This document shows positions 49,282 through 63,507 of a DNA stretch of 64,000 nt, one piece after another. The notes beneath the pieces are model-generated. The model saw only the letters and a list, made by a program, of their open reading frames with translations, did not search any database and had not been told where the DNA came from. How positions within the stretch are numbered: the stretch's first letter is position 1; every line of letters begins with the position of its first letter. A program made the position numbers and the translations under genes. Origin of the DNA: the human T2T-CHM13v2.0 reference genome, Homo sapiens; assembly GCF_009914755.1 (NCBI RefSeq), contig NC_060948.1. One strand, 5' to 3'.

Positions 49282-52200
49282 AGGCCTGGAATAAAGTGGA
49301 ATGCTACGGTCTCGAATGGAATAAAAATGTATGGAATGGAATGCAATGAAACGGAATCGAATGTCATAGAATGTAATGGAATGCAAAAAAATGGAATCCA
49401 AAATCATTGACTGGAAAGGCTGGGTGTCGAAAGGAATTGACTCCAATGGAATGGAATCGAATGGAATGGAAGTGAATAGAATCGAACTAAATCGAATGGA
49501 ATGGAATTGATAGGAACGGAATGGAAAGGAATGCAATGATTTGGCATGGAATGGAATCGAATGGCATCGAATGGAATGGAATGGAATGCAATGGAATGGA
49601 ATGTATTAGAATGTAATGAACTTTAATGGAATGTACTCGAATGGATTCGACTGGAATGGAATGTTCTGGAAGTGAATGGACTCCAATGGAATGGATTCGA
49701 AAGGAATGGAATCGTACGGAATGGAATCTAATGGAATGGAATTAAATGGAAATGAATCAAATTGAATAGCACGGAACTGAATTGAATGGAATCGAATGCA
49801 ATGGAATCTAATGAAACGGAAAGGAAAGGAATGGAATGGAATGGAATGGGCTGGAATGGAATGGAATCGAAACAAATGGAATGGAATCGAACTGAAGAGA
49901 CTGGAATGGAATGCACTGGAATGGAAGGGAGTGTAATGGAAGGTTCTCGAAAAAAATGGAATCGAATGGAATGGAATTGAATGGAACGGAATAGAGTCGA
50001 ATGGAATTGAATGGAATGGAATGGACTAGAGTGAAATGGAATCGAACCACAAGGAATGGACAGGAATAGAATGGTCTCGAATTGAATGGAATCGTATGGA
50101 ATGGCATCAAACGGAATGGAATGGACAGCCACGGAATGGAATGCACTCGAATGCAATGGAGTCGAAACTAATGGACTGGAATAGAATGGACTCGACTGGT
50201 ACGGACTCCAATGGAATGGAATCGAATGGAAGGGAATCGAACGGAATGGACTCGAAGGCAAAAGACTGCAATGGAAAGGTGTCGAATGGAATGGAAATTA
50301 ATGGAATGGAATGGAATCGAATGAAATGGAGTCAAAAGGAATGGAATCGAATGGCAAGAAATCGAATGTAATGGAATCGCAAGGAATTGATGTGAACGGA
50401 ACGGAATGGAATGGAATCCAAAGGAATGGAATAGAATGGAATGGAATCGAATGGAAAGGACTCGAATGGAAATCACTCGAATAGAATGCAATTTAATAAA
50501 ATAGGATCAAATGTAATGGAATGGAATGGAAAGGAATCGAAACGAAAGGAATGGAGACAGATGGAATGGAATGGAACAGAGAGCAATGGTATAGAATGGA
50601 ATGGAATCATCTGGAATGGAATTGAATGGAATGGAATAACATGAAATGGAATGGAATGGAATGGAATGCCTTTGAATTAAATGGACTGGAATGGAATGGT
50701 CTCGAACAGAGTGGAATGGAAAGTGTTGGAATAGAATGGAATGGACTCGTTTGGAATGGTGTAGTATGCAATGCAATCGACTGGCAGGGAATCAAAAGGA
50801 ATGTAATCGAATGGATTGGACTGGAATGCAATGGACTCGAATAGATTGGAAACGGAATGCAAAGGAATGGAATGGAATAGTATGGAATGGAATGGAAAGG
50901 AATGGAGTGGAATAGACTAGAGTGGAATGGAATGGACTGGAAAGCAATGGACTGGAATGGAACTTTCTTGAATGGACTGGAATCAAACGGAATGGAATGC
51001 AATGCAATCAAATGGCATGGAATAAAATAGAATGAAAGAGAATCAAATGGAATTGAATCGAATGGAATCGAATGGATTGGAAAGGAATAGAATGGAATGG
51101 AATGGAATTGACTCAAATGGAATGGACTAGAATGGAATGGATTCGAATGGAAGGCAAAGGAATGGAATCTATTGGAATGGACTGTAATGGAATGGAATGG
51201 AAGGGATTGGAATGGACTCGAATGGAATGGACTGCAATAGAAAGGATTCGAATGGAATGAAAAAGAATTGAATGGAATAGAACAGAATGGAATCAAATCG
51301 AATGAAATGGAATGGAATAGAAAGGAATGGAATGAAATGGAATGGAAAGGATTCGAATGGAATGCAATCGAATGGAATGGAATCGAACGGAATGGAATAA
51401 AATGGAAGAAAACTGGCAAGAAATGGAATCGAAATGAATGGAGTGTTATGGATCGGACTCAAAAGGAATTGAATGTAATAGAATGGAGTGGAGTGGACTC
51501 GAATATAATGGACTGGAATGGAATGAAATCACATGGAATGGGAACGAATGGAATGGAATGGAAAGGAATGGAATCGAATGGAAAGGAATCGAATGGAAGG
51601 GAATGAAATTGAATCAACAGGAATGGAAGGGAGTAGAATAGACGGTAATGGAATGGACTCGAATAGAATGGACACGAATGCTCAAATTGAATGGACTCGA
51701 ATGGAATGGAAACGAAAGGAATGTCATCGAATGGAATTGAATCGGTTGGAATGAAATCGCATAGAATGGAGTGGAATCAAATGGAATTGAATCGAAAGGA
51801 AAGGAAGCGAATGGACTGAAATGAAATGGAATGGAATTGAATGGAAAGTAATGCAATGGAATAGAATGGAACGAAATTTCACGGAATGGAATCAAACTGA
51901 ATGGAATCAAATCAATGGAATATAATCAAATGGAATGGAAAGGAATTGAATGGAGTAGATTGGGTTGGATGGGATTGGAATGAAATGGAATGGAAAGGAC
52001 TCGAATTTCATGAAACGGAATGGAATGAATTGGAACGGAATGGACTCGAATGGAATGGAATGACATGGAATGGCAAGAAATGGAATGGCATCAAAGGGAA
52101 TGGAATCGAATGCAATGGAATGCTATGGAATGGAATGGAATGCATTGGAATGGAATGTCCTCTAATGGAATGGATTCGAGTGGAATGGAATCTAATATAA

Positions 52201-52835
52201 TGGAGTCGAATGAAATGGAATTGAAAGGAATGGGATCGAATACAATGGAATATACTGGAATGTAATGTAAAGAACTCGAATGTAATTGAATGGAAAGGAA
52301 TGTACATGAATGGAATGTAATCGAATGGAAAGTAATCCAATGGAATAGTATCTAATGTAATAAAATCGACTCAGATAGAGTAGAATGTAATGGAATGGAG
52401 TGTAGTGCAATGGAATGGAATGGAATGGAATGCAATGGAATGGAAAGGAATGGAATGGAATGGAATGGAATGGGATGGAATGGTATGGAATGGATAGTAA
52501 TGGACTGGAGTGAAATGGACTGGAAAGGAATGGACTCAAATTGAAAGGTCTCGAAAGGAATGGAGTCAAAAGGAATGGTCTGGAATGGAATGAACACGAA
52601 TGTAATGCAATCCAATAGAATGGAGTCGAATGGCATGGAATACAAAGAAATGGAATCGAAGAGAATGGAAACAAATGGAATGGAATTGAATGGAATGGAA
52701 TTGAATGGAATGGGAAGGAATGGAGTGAAATTGTATGCAGTAGAAGAGAATAGAATGGAATGCAAGCGAAAGGAAAGGAATGGATTGGAATGGAATGGAA
52801 TTCATTGGAATGGAAGGGAATGTAGTGTAATGGAC
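49282..52835 (+). repeat. DYZ1 unit, variant B (3,554 bp)
   Basis: AGGCCT-to-AGGCCT distance; variants gaactgaa, gcctttgaa, ggatcgga. Confidence 0.9.
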
Positions 52836-55800
52836 AGGCCTGGAATAAAGTGGAATGCTACGGTCTCGAATGGAATAAAAATGTATGGAATGGAATGCAA
52901 TGAAACGGAATCGAATGTCATAGAATGTAATGGAATGCAAAAAAATGGAATCCAAAATCATTGACTGGAAAGGCTGGGTGTCGAAAGGAATTGACTCCAA
53001 TGGAATGGAATCGAATGGAATGGAAGTGAATAGAATCGAACTAAATCGAATGGAATGGAATTGATAGGAACGGAATGGAAAGGAATGCAATGATTTGGCA
53101 TGGAATGGAATCGAATGGCATCGAATGGAATGGAATGGAATGCAATGGAATGGAATATATTAGAATGTAATGAACTTTAATGGAATGTACTCGAATGGAT
53201 TCGACTGGAATGGAATGTTCTGGAAGTGAATGGACTCCAATGGAATGGATTCGAAAGGAATGGAATCGTACGGAATGGAATCTAATGGAATGGAATTAAA
53301 TGGAAATGAATCAAATTGAATAGCACGGAATTGAATTGAATGGAATGGAATGCAATGGAATCTAATGAAACAGAAAGGAAAGGAATGGAATGGAATGGAA
53401 TGGGCTGGAATGGAAAGGAATCGAAACGAATGGAATGGAATCGAACTGAAGAGACTGGAATGGAATGCACTGGAATGGAAGGGAGTGTAATGGAATGTTC
53501 TCGAAAAAAATGGAATCGAATGGAATGGAATTGAATGGAACGGAATAGAGTCGAATGGAATTGAATGGAATGGAATGGACTAGAGTGAAATGGAATCGAA
53601 CCACAAGGAATGGACAGGAATAGAATGGTCTCGAATTGAATGGAATCGTATGGAATGGCATCAAACGGAATGGAATGGACAGCCACGGAATGGAATGCAC
53701 TCGAATGCAATGGAGTCGAAACTAATGGACTGGAATAGAATGGACTCGACTGGTACGGACTCCAATGGAATGGAATCGAATGCAAGGGAATCGAACGGAA
53801 TGGACTCGAAGGGAAAAGACTGCAATGGAAAGGTCTCGAATGGAATGGAAATTAATGGAATGGATTGGAATCGAATGAAATGGAGTCAAAAGGAATGGAA
53901 TCGAATGGCAAGAAATCAAATGTAATGGAATCGCAAGGAATTGATGTGAACGGAACGGAATGGAATGGAATCCAAAGGAATGGAATAGAATGGAATGGAA
54001 TCGAATGGAAAGGACTCGAATGGAAATCACTCGAATAGAATGCAATTTAATAAAATAGGATCAAATGTAATGGAATGGAATGGAAAGGAATCGAAACGAA
54101 AGGAATGGAGACAGATGGAATGGAATGGAACAGAGAGCAATGGTATAGAATGGAATGGAATCATCTGGAATGGAATTGAATGGAATGGAATAACATGAAA
54201 TGGAATGGAATGGAATGGAATGCCCTTGAATTAAATGGACTGGAATGGAATGGACTCGAACAGAGTGGAATGGAAAGTGTTGAAATATAATGGAATGGAC
54301 TCCTTTGGAATGGTCTAGTATGCAATGCAATCGATTGGCAGGGAATCAAAAGGAATGTAATCGAATGGATTGGACTGGAATGCAATGGATTCGAATAGAT
54401 TGGAAACGGAATGCAAAGGAATGGAATGGAATAGTATGGAATGGAATGGAAAGTAATGGAGTGGAATAGACTAGAGTGGAATGGAATGGACTGGAAAGCA
54501 ATGGACTGGAATGGAACTTTCTTGAATGGACTGGAATCAAACGGAATGGAATGCACTGCAATCAAATGGCATGGAATAAAATAGAATGAAAGAGAATCAA
54601 ACGGAATTGAATCGAATGGAATCGAATGGATTGGAAAGGAATAGAATGGAATGGAATGGAATTGACTCAAATGGAATGGACTAGAATGGAATGGATTCGA
54701 ATGGAAGGCAAAGGAATGGAATCTATTGGAATGGACTGTAATGGAATGGAATGGAAGGGATTGGAATGGACTCGAATGGAATGGACTGCAATAGAAAGGA
54801 TTCGAATGGAATGAAAAAGAATTGAATGGAATAGAACAGAATGGAATCAAATCGAATGAAATTGAATGGAATAGAAAGGAATGGAATGAAATGGAATGGA
54901 AAGGATTCGAATGGAATGCAATCGAATGGAATGCAATCGAATGGAATGGAATCGAACGGAATGGAATAAAATGGAAGAAAACTGGCAAGAAATGGAATCG
55001 AAATGAATGGAGTGTTATGGAACGGACTCAAAAGGAATTGAATGTAATAGAATGGAGTGGAGTGGACTCGAATATAATGGACTGGAAGGGAATGAAATCA
55101 CATGGAATGGGAACGAATGGAATGGAATGGAAAGGAATGGAATCGAATGGAAAGGAATCGAATGGAAGGGAATGAAATTGAATCAACAGGAATGGAAGGG
55201 AATAGAATAGACGGTAATGGAATGGACTCGAATAGAATGGACACGAATGCTCAAATTGAATGGACTCGAGTGGAATGGAAACGAAACGAATGTCATCGAA
55301 TGTAATTGAATCGATTGGAATGAAATCGCATAGAATGGAGTGGAATCAAATGGAATTGAGTCGAAAGGAAAGGAAGCGAATGGACTGAAATGAAATGGAA
55401 TGGAATTGAATGGAAAGTAATGCAATGGAATAGAATGGAACGAAATTTCACGGAATGGAATCAAACTGAATGGAATCAAATCAATGGAATATAATCAAAT
55501 GGAATGGAAAGGAATTGAATGCAGTAGATGGGACTGGATGGGATTGGAATGAAATGTACTGGAAAGGACTCGAATTTCATGAAACGGAATGGAATGAATT
55601 GGAACGGAATGGACTCGAATGGAATGGAATGTCATGGAATGGCATCAAATGGAATGGAATCGAATGCAATGGAATGCTATGGAATGGAATGCAATGCATT
55701 GGAATGGAATGTCCTCTAATGGAATGGATTCGAGTGGAATGGAATCGAATATAATGGAGTCGAATGAAATGGAATTGAAAGGAATGGGATCGAATACAAT

Positions 55801-56384
55801 GGAATATACTGGAATGTAACGTAATGAACTCGAATGTAATTGACTGGAATGGAATGTACATGAATGGAATGTAATCGAATGGAAAGTAATCCAATGGAAT
55901 AGAATCTAATGCAATAAAATCGACTCAAATAGAATAGAATGGAATGGAATGGAGTGCAGTGCAATGGAATGGAAGGGAATGGAATGCAATGGAATGGAAT
56001 GTAATGGAATGGAATGGAATGGGATGGAATGGTATGGAATGGATAGTAATGGACTGGAGTGAAATGGACTGGAAAGGAATGGACTCAAATTGAAAGGGCT
56101 CGAAAGGAATGCAGTCAAATGGAATGATCTGGAATGGAATGAACACGAATGTAATGCAATCCAATAGAATGGAATCGAATGGCATGGAATATAAAGAAAT
56201 GGAATCGAAGAGAATGGAAACAAATGGAATGGAATTGAATGGAATGGAATTGAATGGAATGAGAATGAATGGAGTGAAATTGTATGCAGTAGAAGAGAAT
56301 AGAATGGAATGCAAGCGAAAGGAAAGGAATGGATTGGAATGGAATGGAATTCATTGGAATGGAAGGGAATGTAGTGTAATGGAC
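52836..56384 (+). repeat. DYZ1 unit, variant A (3,549 bp)
   Basis: Near-identical to 45733-49281 at +7103. Confidence 0.9.
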
Positions 56385-59300
56385 AGGCCTGGAATAAAGT
56401 GGAATGCTACGGTCTCGAATGGAATAAAAATGTATGGAATGGAATGCAATGAAACGGAATCGAATGTCATAGAATGTAATGGAATGCAAAAAAATGGAAT
56501 CCAAAATCATTGACTGGAAAGGCTGGGTGTCGAAAGGAATTGACTCCAATGGAATGGAATCGAATGGAATGGAAGTGAATAGAATCGAACTAAATCGAAT
56601 GGAATGGAATTGATAGGAACGGAATGGAAAGGAATGCAATGATTTGGCATGGAATGGAATCGAATGGCATCGAATGGAATGGAATGGAATGCAATGGAAT
56701 GGAATGTATTAGAATGTAATGAACTTTAATGGAATGTACTCGAATGGATTCGACTGGAATGGAATGTTCTGGAAGTGAATGGACTCCAATGGAATGGATT
56801 CGAAAGGAATGGAATCGTACGGAATGGAATCTAATGGAATGGAATTAAATGGAAATGAATCAAATTGAATAGCACGGAACTGAATTGAATGGAATCGAAT
56901 GCAATGGAATCTAATGAAACGGAAAGGAAAGGAATGGAATGGAATGGAATGGGCTGGAATGGAATGGAATCGAAACAAATGGAATGGAATCGAACTGAAG
57001 AGACTGGAATGGAATGCACTGGAATGGAAGGGAGTGTAATGGAAGGTTCTCGAAAAAAATGGAATCGAATGGAATGGAATTGAATGGAACGGAATAGAGT
57101 CGAATGGAATTGAATGGAATGGAATGGACTAGAGTGAAATGGAATCGAACCACAAGGAATGGACAGGAATAGAATGGTCTCGAATTGAATGGAATCGTAT
57201 GGAATGGCATCAAACGGAATGGAATGGACAGCCACGGAATGGAATGCACTCGAATGCAATGGAGTCGAAACTAATGGACTGGAATAGAATGGACTCGACT
57301 GGTACGGACTCCAATGGAATGGAATCGAATGGAAGGGAATCGAACGGAATGGACTCGAAGGCAAAAGACTGCAATGGAAAGGTGTCGAATGGAATGGAAA
57401 TTAATGGAATGGAATGGAATCGAATGAAATGGAGTCAAAAGGAATGGAATCGAATGGCAAGAAATCGAATGTAATGGAATCGCAAGGAATTGATGTGAAC
57501 GGAACGGAATGGAATGGAATCCAAAGGAATGGAATAGAATGGAATGGAATCGAATGGAAAGGACTCGAATGGAAATCACTCGAATAGAATGCAATTTAAT
57601 AAAATAGGATCAAATGTAATGGAATGGAATGGAAAGGAATCGAAACGAAAGGAATGGAGACAGATGGAATGGAATGGAACAGAGAGCAATGGTATAGAAT
57701 GGAATGGAATCATCTGGAATGGAATTGAATGGAATGGAATAACATGAAATGGAATGGAATGGAATGGAATGCCTTTGAATTAAATGGACTGGAATGGAAT
57801 GGTCTCGAACAGAGTGGAATGGAAAGTGTTGGAATAGAATGGAATGGACTCGTTTGGAATGGTGTAGTATGCAATGCAATCGACTGGCAGGGAATCAAAA
57901 GGAATGTAATCGAATGGATTGGACTGGAATGCAATGGACTCGAATAGATTGGAAACGGAATGCAAAGGAATGGAATGGAATAGTATGGAATGGAATGGAA
58001 AGGAATGGAGTGGAATAGACTAGAGTGGAATGGAATGGACTGGAAAGCAATGGACTGGAATGGAACTTTCTTGAATGGACTGGAATCAAACGGAATGGAA
58101 TGCAATGCAATCAAATGGCATGGAATAAAATAGAATGAAAGAGAATCAAATGGAATTGAATCGAATGGAATCGAATGGATTGGAAAGGAATAGAATGGAA
58201 TGGAATGGAATTGACTCAAATGGAATGGACTAGAATGGAATGGATTCGAATGGAAGGCAAAGGAATGGAATCTATTGGAATGGACTGTAATGGAATGGAA
58301 TGGAAGGGATTGGAATGGACTCGAATGGAATGGACTGCAATAGAAAGGATTCGAATGGAATGAAAAAGAATTGAATGGAATAGAACAGAATGGAATCAAA
58401 TCGAATGAAATGGAATGGAATAGAAAGGAATGGAATGAAATGGAATGGAAAGGATTCGAATGGAATGCAATCGAATGGAATGGAATCGAACGGAATGGAA
58501 TAAAATGGAAGAAAACTGGCAAGAAATGGAATCGAAATGAATGGAGTGTTATGGATCGGACTCAAAAGGAATTGAATGTAATAGAATGGAGTGGAGTGGA
58601 CTCGAATATAATGGACTGGAATGGAATGAAATCACATGGAATGGGAACGAATGGAATGGAATGGAAAGGAATGGAATCGAATGGAAAGGAATCGAATGGA
58701 AGGGAATGAAATTGAATCAACAGGAATGGAAGGGAGTAGAATAGACGGTAATGGAATGGACTCGAATAGAATGGACACGAATGCTCAAATTGAATGGACT
58801 CGAATGGAATGGAAACGAAAGGAATGTCATCGAATGGAATTGAATCGGTTGGAATGAAATCGCATAGAATGGAGTGGAATCAAATGGAATTGAATCGAAA
58901 GGAAAGGAAGCGAATGGACTGAAATGAAATGGAATGGAATTGAATGGAAAGTAATGCAATGGAATAGAATGGAACGAAATTTCACGGAATGGAATCAAAC
59001 TGAATGGAATCAAATCAATGGAATATAATCAAATGGAATGGAAAGGAATTGAATGGAGTAGATTGGGTTGGATGGGATTGGAATGAAATGGAATGGAAAG
59101 GACTCGAATTTCATGAAACGGAATGGAATGAATTGGAACGGAATGGACTCGAATGGAATGGAATGACATGGAATGGCAAGAAATGGAATGGCATCAAAGG
59201 GAATGGAATCGAATGCAATGGAATGCTATGGAATGGAATGGAATGCATTGGAATGGAATGTCCTCTAATGGAATGGATTCGAGTGGAATGGAATCTAATA

Positions 59301-59938
59301 TAATGGAGTCGAATGAAATGGAATTGAAAGGAATGGGATCGAATACAATGGAATATACTGGAATGTAATGTAAAGAACTCGAATGTAATTGAATGGAAAG
59401 GAATGTACATGAATGGAATGTAATCGAATGGAAAGTAATCCAATGGAATAGTATCTAATGTAATAAAATCGACTCAGATAGAGTAGAATGTAATGGAATG
59501 GAGTGTAGTGCAATGGAATGGAATGGAATGGAATGCAATGGAATGGAAAGGAATGGAATGGAATGGAATGGAATGGGATGGAATGGTATGGAATGGATAG
59601 TAATGGACTGGAGTGAAATGGACTGGAAAGGAATGGACTCAAATTGAAAGGTCTCGAAAGGAATGGAGTCAAAAGGAATGGTCTGGAATGGAATGAACAC
59701 GAATGTAATGCAATCCAATAGAATGGAGTCGAATGGCATGGAATACAAAGAAATGGAATCGAAGAGAATGGAAACAAATGGAATGGAATTGAATGGAATG
59801 GAATTGAATGGAATGGGAAGGAATGGAGTGAAATTGTATGCAGTAGAAGAGAATAGAATGGAATGCAAGCAAAAGGAAAGGAATGGATTGGAATGGAATG
59901 GAATTCATTGGAATGGAAGGGAATGTAGTGTAATGGAC
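56385..59938 (+). repeat. DYZ1 unit, variant B (3,554 bp)
   Basis: Near-identical to 49282-52835 at +7103. Confidence 0.9.
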
Positions 59939-62900
59939 AGGCCTGGAATAAAGTGGAATGCTACGGTCTCGAATGGAATAAAAATGTATGGAATGGAATG
60001 CAATGAAACGGAATCGAATGTCATAGAATGTAATGGAATACAAAAAAATGGAATCCAAAATCATTGACTGGAAAGGCTGGGTGTCGAAAGGAATTGACTC
60101 CAATGGAATGGAATCGAATGGAATGGAAGTGAATAGAATCGAACTAAATCGAATGGAATGGAATTGATAGGAACGGAATGGAAAGGAATGCAATGATTTG
60201 GCATGGAATGGAATCGAATGGCATCGAATGGAATGGAATGGAATGCAATGGAATGGAATGTATTAGAATGTAATGAACTTTAATGGAATGTACTCGAATG
60301 GATTCGACTGGAATGGAATGTTCTGGAAGTGAACGGACTCCAATGGAATGGATTCAAAAGGAATGGAATCGTACGGAATGGAATCTAATGGAATGGAATT
60401 AAATGGAAATGAATCAAATTGAATAGCACGGAATTGAATTGAATGGAATCGAATGCAATGGAATCTAATGAAACGGAAAGGAAAGGAATGGAATGGAATG
60501 GAATGGGCTGGAATGGAAAGGAATCGAAACGAATGGAATGGAATCGAACTGAAGAGACTGGAATGGAATGCACTGGAATGGAAGGGAGTGTAATGGAAGG
60601 TTCTCGAAAAAAATGGAATCGAATGGAATGGAATTGAATGGAACGGAATAGAGTCGAATGGAATTGAATGGAATGGAATGGACTAGAGTGAAATGGAATC
60701 GAACCACAAGGAATGGACAGGAATAGAATGGTCTCGAATTGAATGGAATCGTATGGAATGGCATCAAACGGAATGGAATGGACAGCCACGGAATGGAATG
60801 CACTCGAATGCAATGGAGTCGAAACTAATGGACTGGAATAGAATGGACTCGACTGGTACGGACTCCAATGGAATGGAATCGAATGGAAGGGAATCGAACG
60901 GAAGGGAATCGAACGGAATGGACTCGAAGGGAAAAGACTGCAATGGAAAGGTCTCGAATGGAATGGAAATTAATGGAATGGAATGGAATCGAATGAAATG
61001 GAGTCAAAAGGAATGGAATCGAATGGCAAGAAATCGAATGTAATGGAATCGCAAGGAATTGATGTGAACGGAACGGAATGGAATGGAATCCAAAGGAATG
61101 GAATAGAATGGAATGGAATCGAATGGAAAGGACTCGAATGGAAATCACTCGAATAGAATGCAATTTAATAAAATAGGATCAAATGTAATGGAATGGAATG
61201 GAAAGGAATCGAAACGAAAGGAATGGAGACAGATGGAATGGAATGGAACAGAGAGCAATGGTATAGAATGGAATGGAATCATCTGGAATGGAATTGAATG
61301 GAATGGAATAACATGAAATGGAATGGAATGGAATGGAATGCCTTTGAATTAAATGGACTGGAATGGAATGGTCTCGAACAGAGTGGAATGGAAAGTGTTG
61401 GAATAGAATGGAATGGACTCGTTTGGAATGGTGTAGTATGCAATGCAATCGACTGGCAGGGAATCAAAAGGAATGTAATCGAATGGATTGGACTGGAATG
61501 CAATGGACTCGAATAGATTGGAAACGGAATGCAAAGGAATGGAATGGAATAGTATGGAATGGAATGGAAAGGAATGGAGTGGAATAGACTAGAGTGGAAT
61601 GGAATGGACTGGAAAGCAATGGACTGGAATGGAACTTTATTGAATGGACTGGAATCAAACGGAATGGAATGCAATGCAATCAAATGGCATGGAATAAAAT
61701 AGAATGAAAGAGAATCAAATGGAATTGAATCGAATGGAATCGAATGGATTGGAAAGGAATAGAATGGAATGGAATGGAATTGACTCAAATGGAATGGACT
61801 AGAATGGAATGGATTCGAATGGAAGGCAAAGGAATGGAATCTATTGGAATGGACTGTAATGGAATGGAATGGAAGGGATTGGAATGGACTCGAATGGAAT
61901 GGACTGCAATAGAAAGGATTCGAATGGAATGAAAAAGAATTGAATGGAATAGAACAGAATGGAATCAAATCGAATGAAATGGAATGGAATAGAAAGGAAT
62001 GGAATGAAATGGAATGGAAAGGATTCGAATGGAATGCAATCGAATGGAATGGAATCGAACGGAATGGAATAAAATGGAAGAAAACTGGCAAGAAATGGAA
62101 TCGAAATGAATGGAGTGTTATGGATCGGACTCAAAAGGAATTGAATGTAATAGAATGGAGTGGAGTGGACTCGAATATAATGGACTGGAATGGAATGAAA
62201 TCACATGGAATGGGAACGAATGGAATGGAATGGAAAGGAATGGAATCGAATGGAAAGGAATCGAATGGAAGGGAATGAAATTGAATCAACAGGAATGGAA
62301 GGGAGTAGAATAGACGGTAATGGAATGGACTCGAATAGAATGGACACGAATGCTCAAATTGAATGGACTCGAATGGAATGGAAACGAAAGGAATGTCATC
62401 GAATGGAATTGAATCGGTTGGAATGAAATCGCATAGAATGGAGTGGAATCAAATGGAATTGAATCGAAAGGAAAGGAAGCGAATGGACTGAAATGAAATG
62501 GAATGGAATTGAATGGAAAGTAATGCAATGGAATAGAATGGAACGAAATTTCACGGAATGGAATCAAACTGAATGGAATCAAATCAATGGAATATAATCA
62601 AATGGAATGGAAAGGAATTGAATGGAGTAGATTGGGTTGGATGGGATTGGAATGAAATGGAATGGAAAGGACTCGAATTTCATGAAACGGAATGGAATGA
62701 ATTGGAACGGAATGGACTCGAATGGAATGGAATGACATGGAATGGCAAGAAATGGAATGGCATCAAAGGGAATGGAATCGAATGCAATGGAATGCTATGG
62801 AATGGAATGGAATGCATTGGAATGGAATGTCCTCTAATGGAATGGATTCGAGTGGAATGGAATCTAATATAATGGAGTCGAATGAAATGGAATTGAAAGG

Positions 62901-63507
62901 AATGGGATCGAATACAATGGAATATACTGGAATGTAATGTAAAGAACTCGAATGTAATTGAATGGAAAGGAATGTACATGAATGGAATGTAATCGAATGG
63001 AAAGTAATCCAATGGAATAGTATCTAATGTAATAAAATCGACTCAGATAGAGTAGAATGTAATGGAATGGAGTGTAGTGCAATGGAATGGAATGGAATGG
63101 AATGCAATGGAATGGAAAGGAATGGAATGGAATGGAATGGAATGGGATGGAATGGTATGGAATGGATAGTAATGGACTGGAGTGAAATGGACTGGAAAGG
63201 AATGGACTCAAATTGAAAGGTCTCGAAAGGAATGGAGTCAAAAGGAATGGTCTGGAATGGAATGAACACGAATGTAATGCAATCCAATAGAATGGAGTCG
63301 AATGGCATGGAATATAAAGAAATGGAATCGAAGAGAATGGAAACAAATGGAATGGAATTGAATGGAATGGAATTGAATGGAATGGGAAGGAATGGAGTGA
63401 AATTGTATGCAGTAGAAGAGAATAGAATGGAATGCAAGCAAAAGGAAAGGAATGGATTGGAATGGAATGGAATTCATTGGAATGGAAGGGAATGTAGTGT
63501 AATGGAC
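59939..63507 (+). repeat. DYZ1 unit, B-like (3,569 bp)
   Basis: B alleles from ~61000 onward; 15 bp tandem duplication at 60886-60915. Confidence 0.9.
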
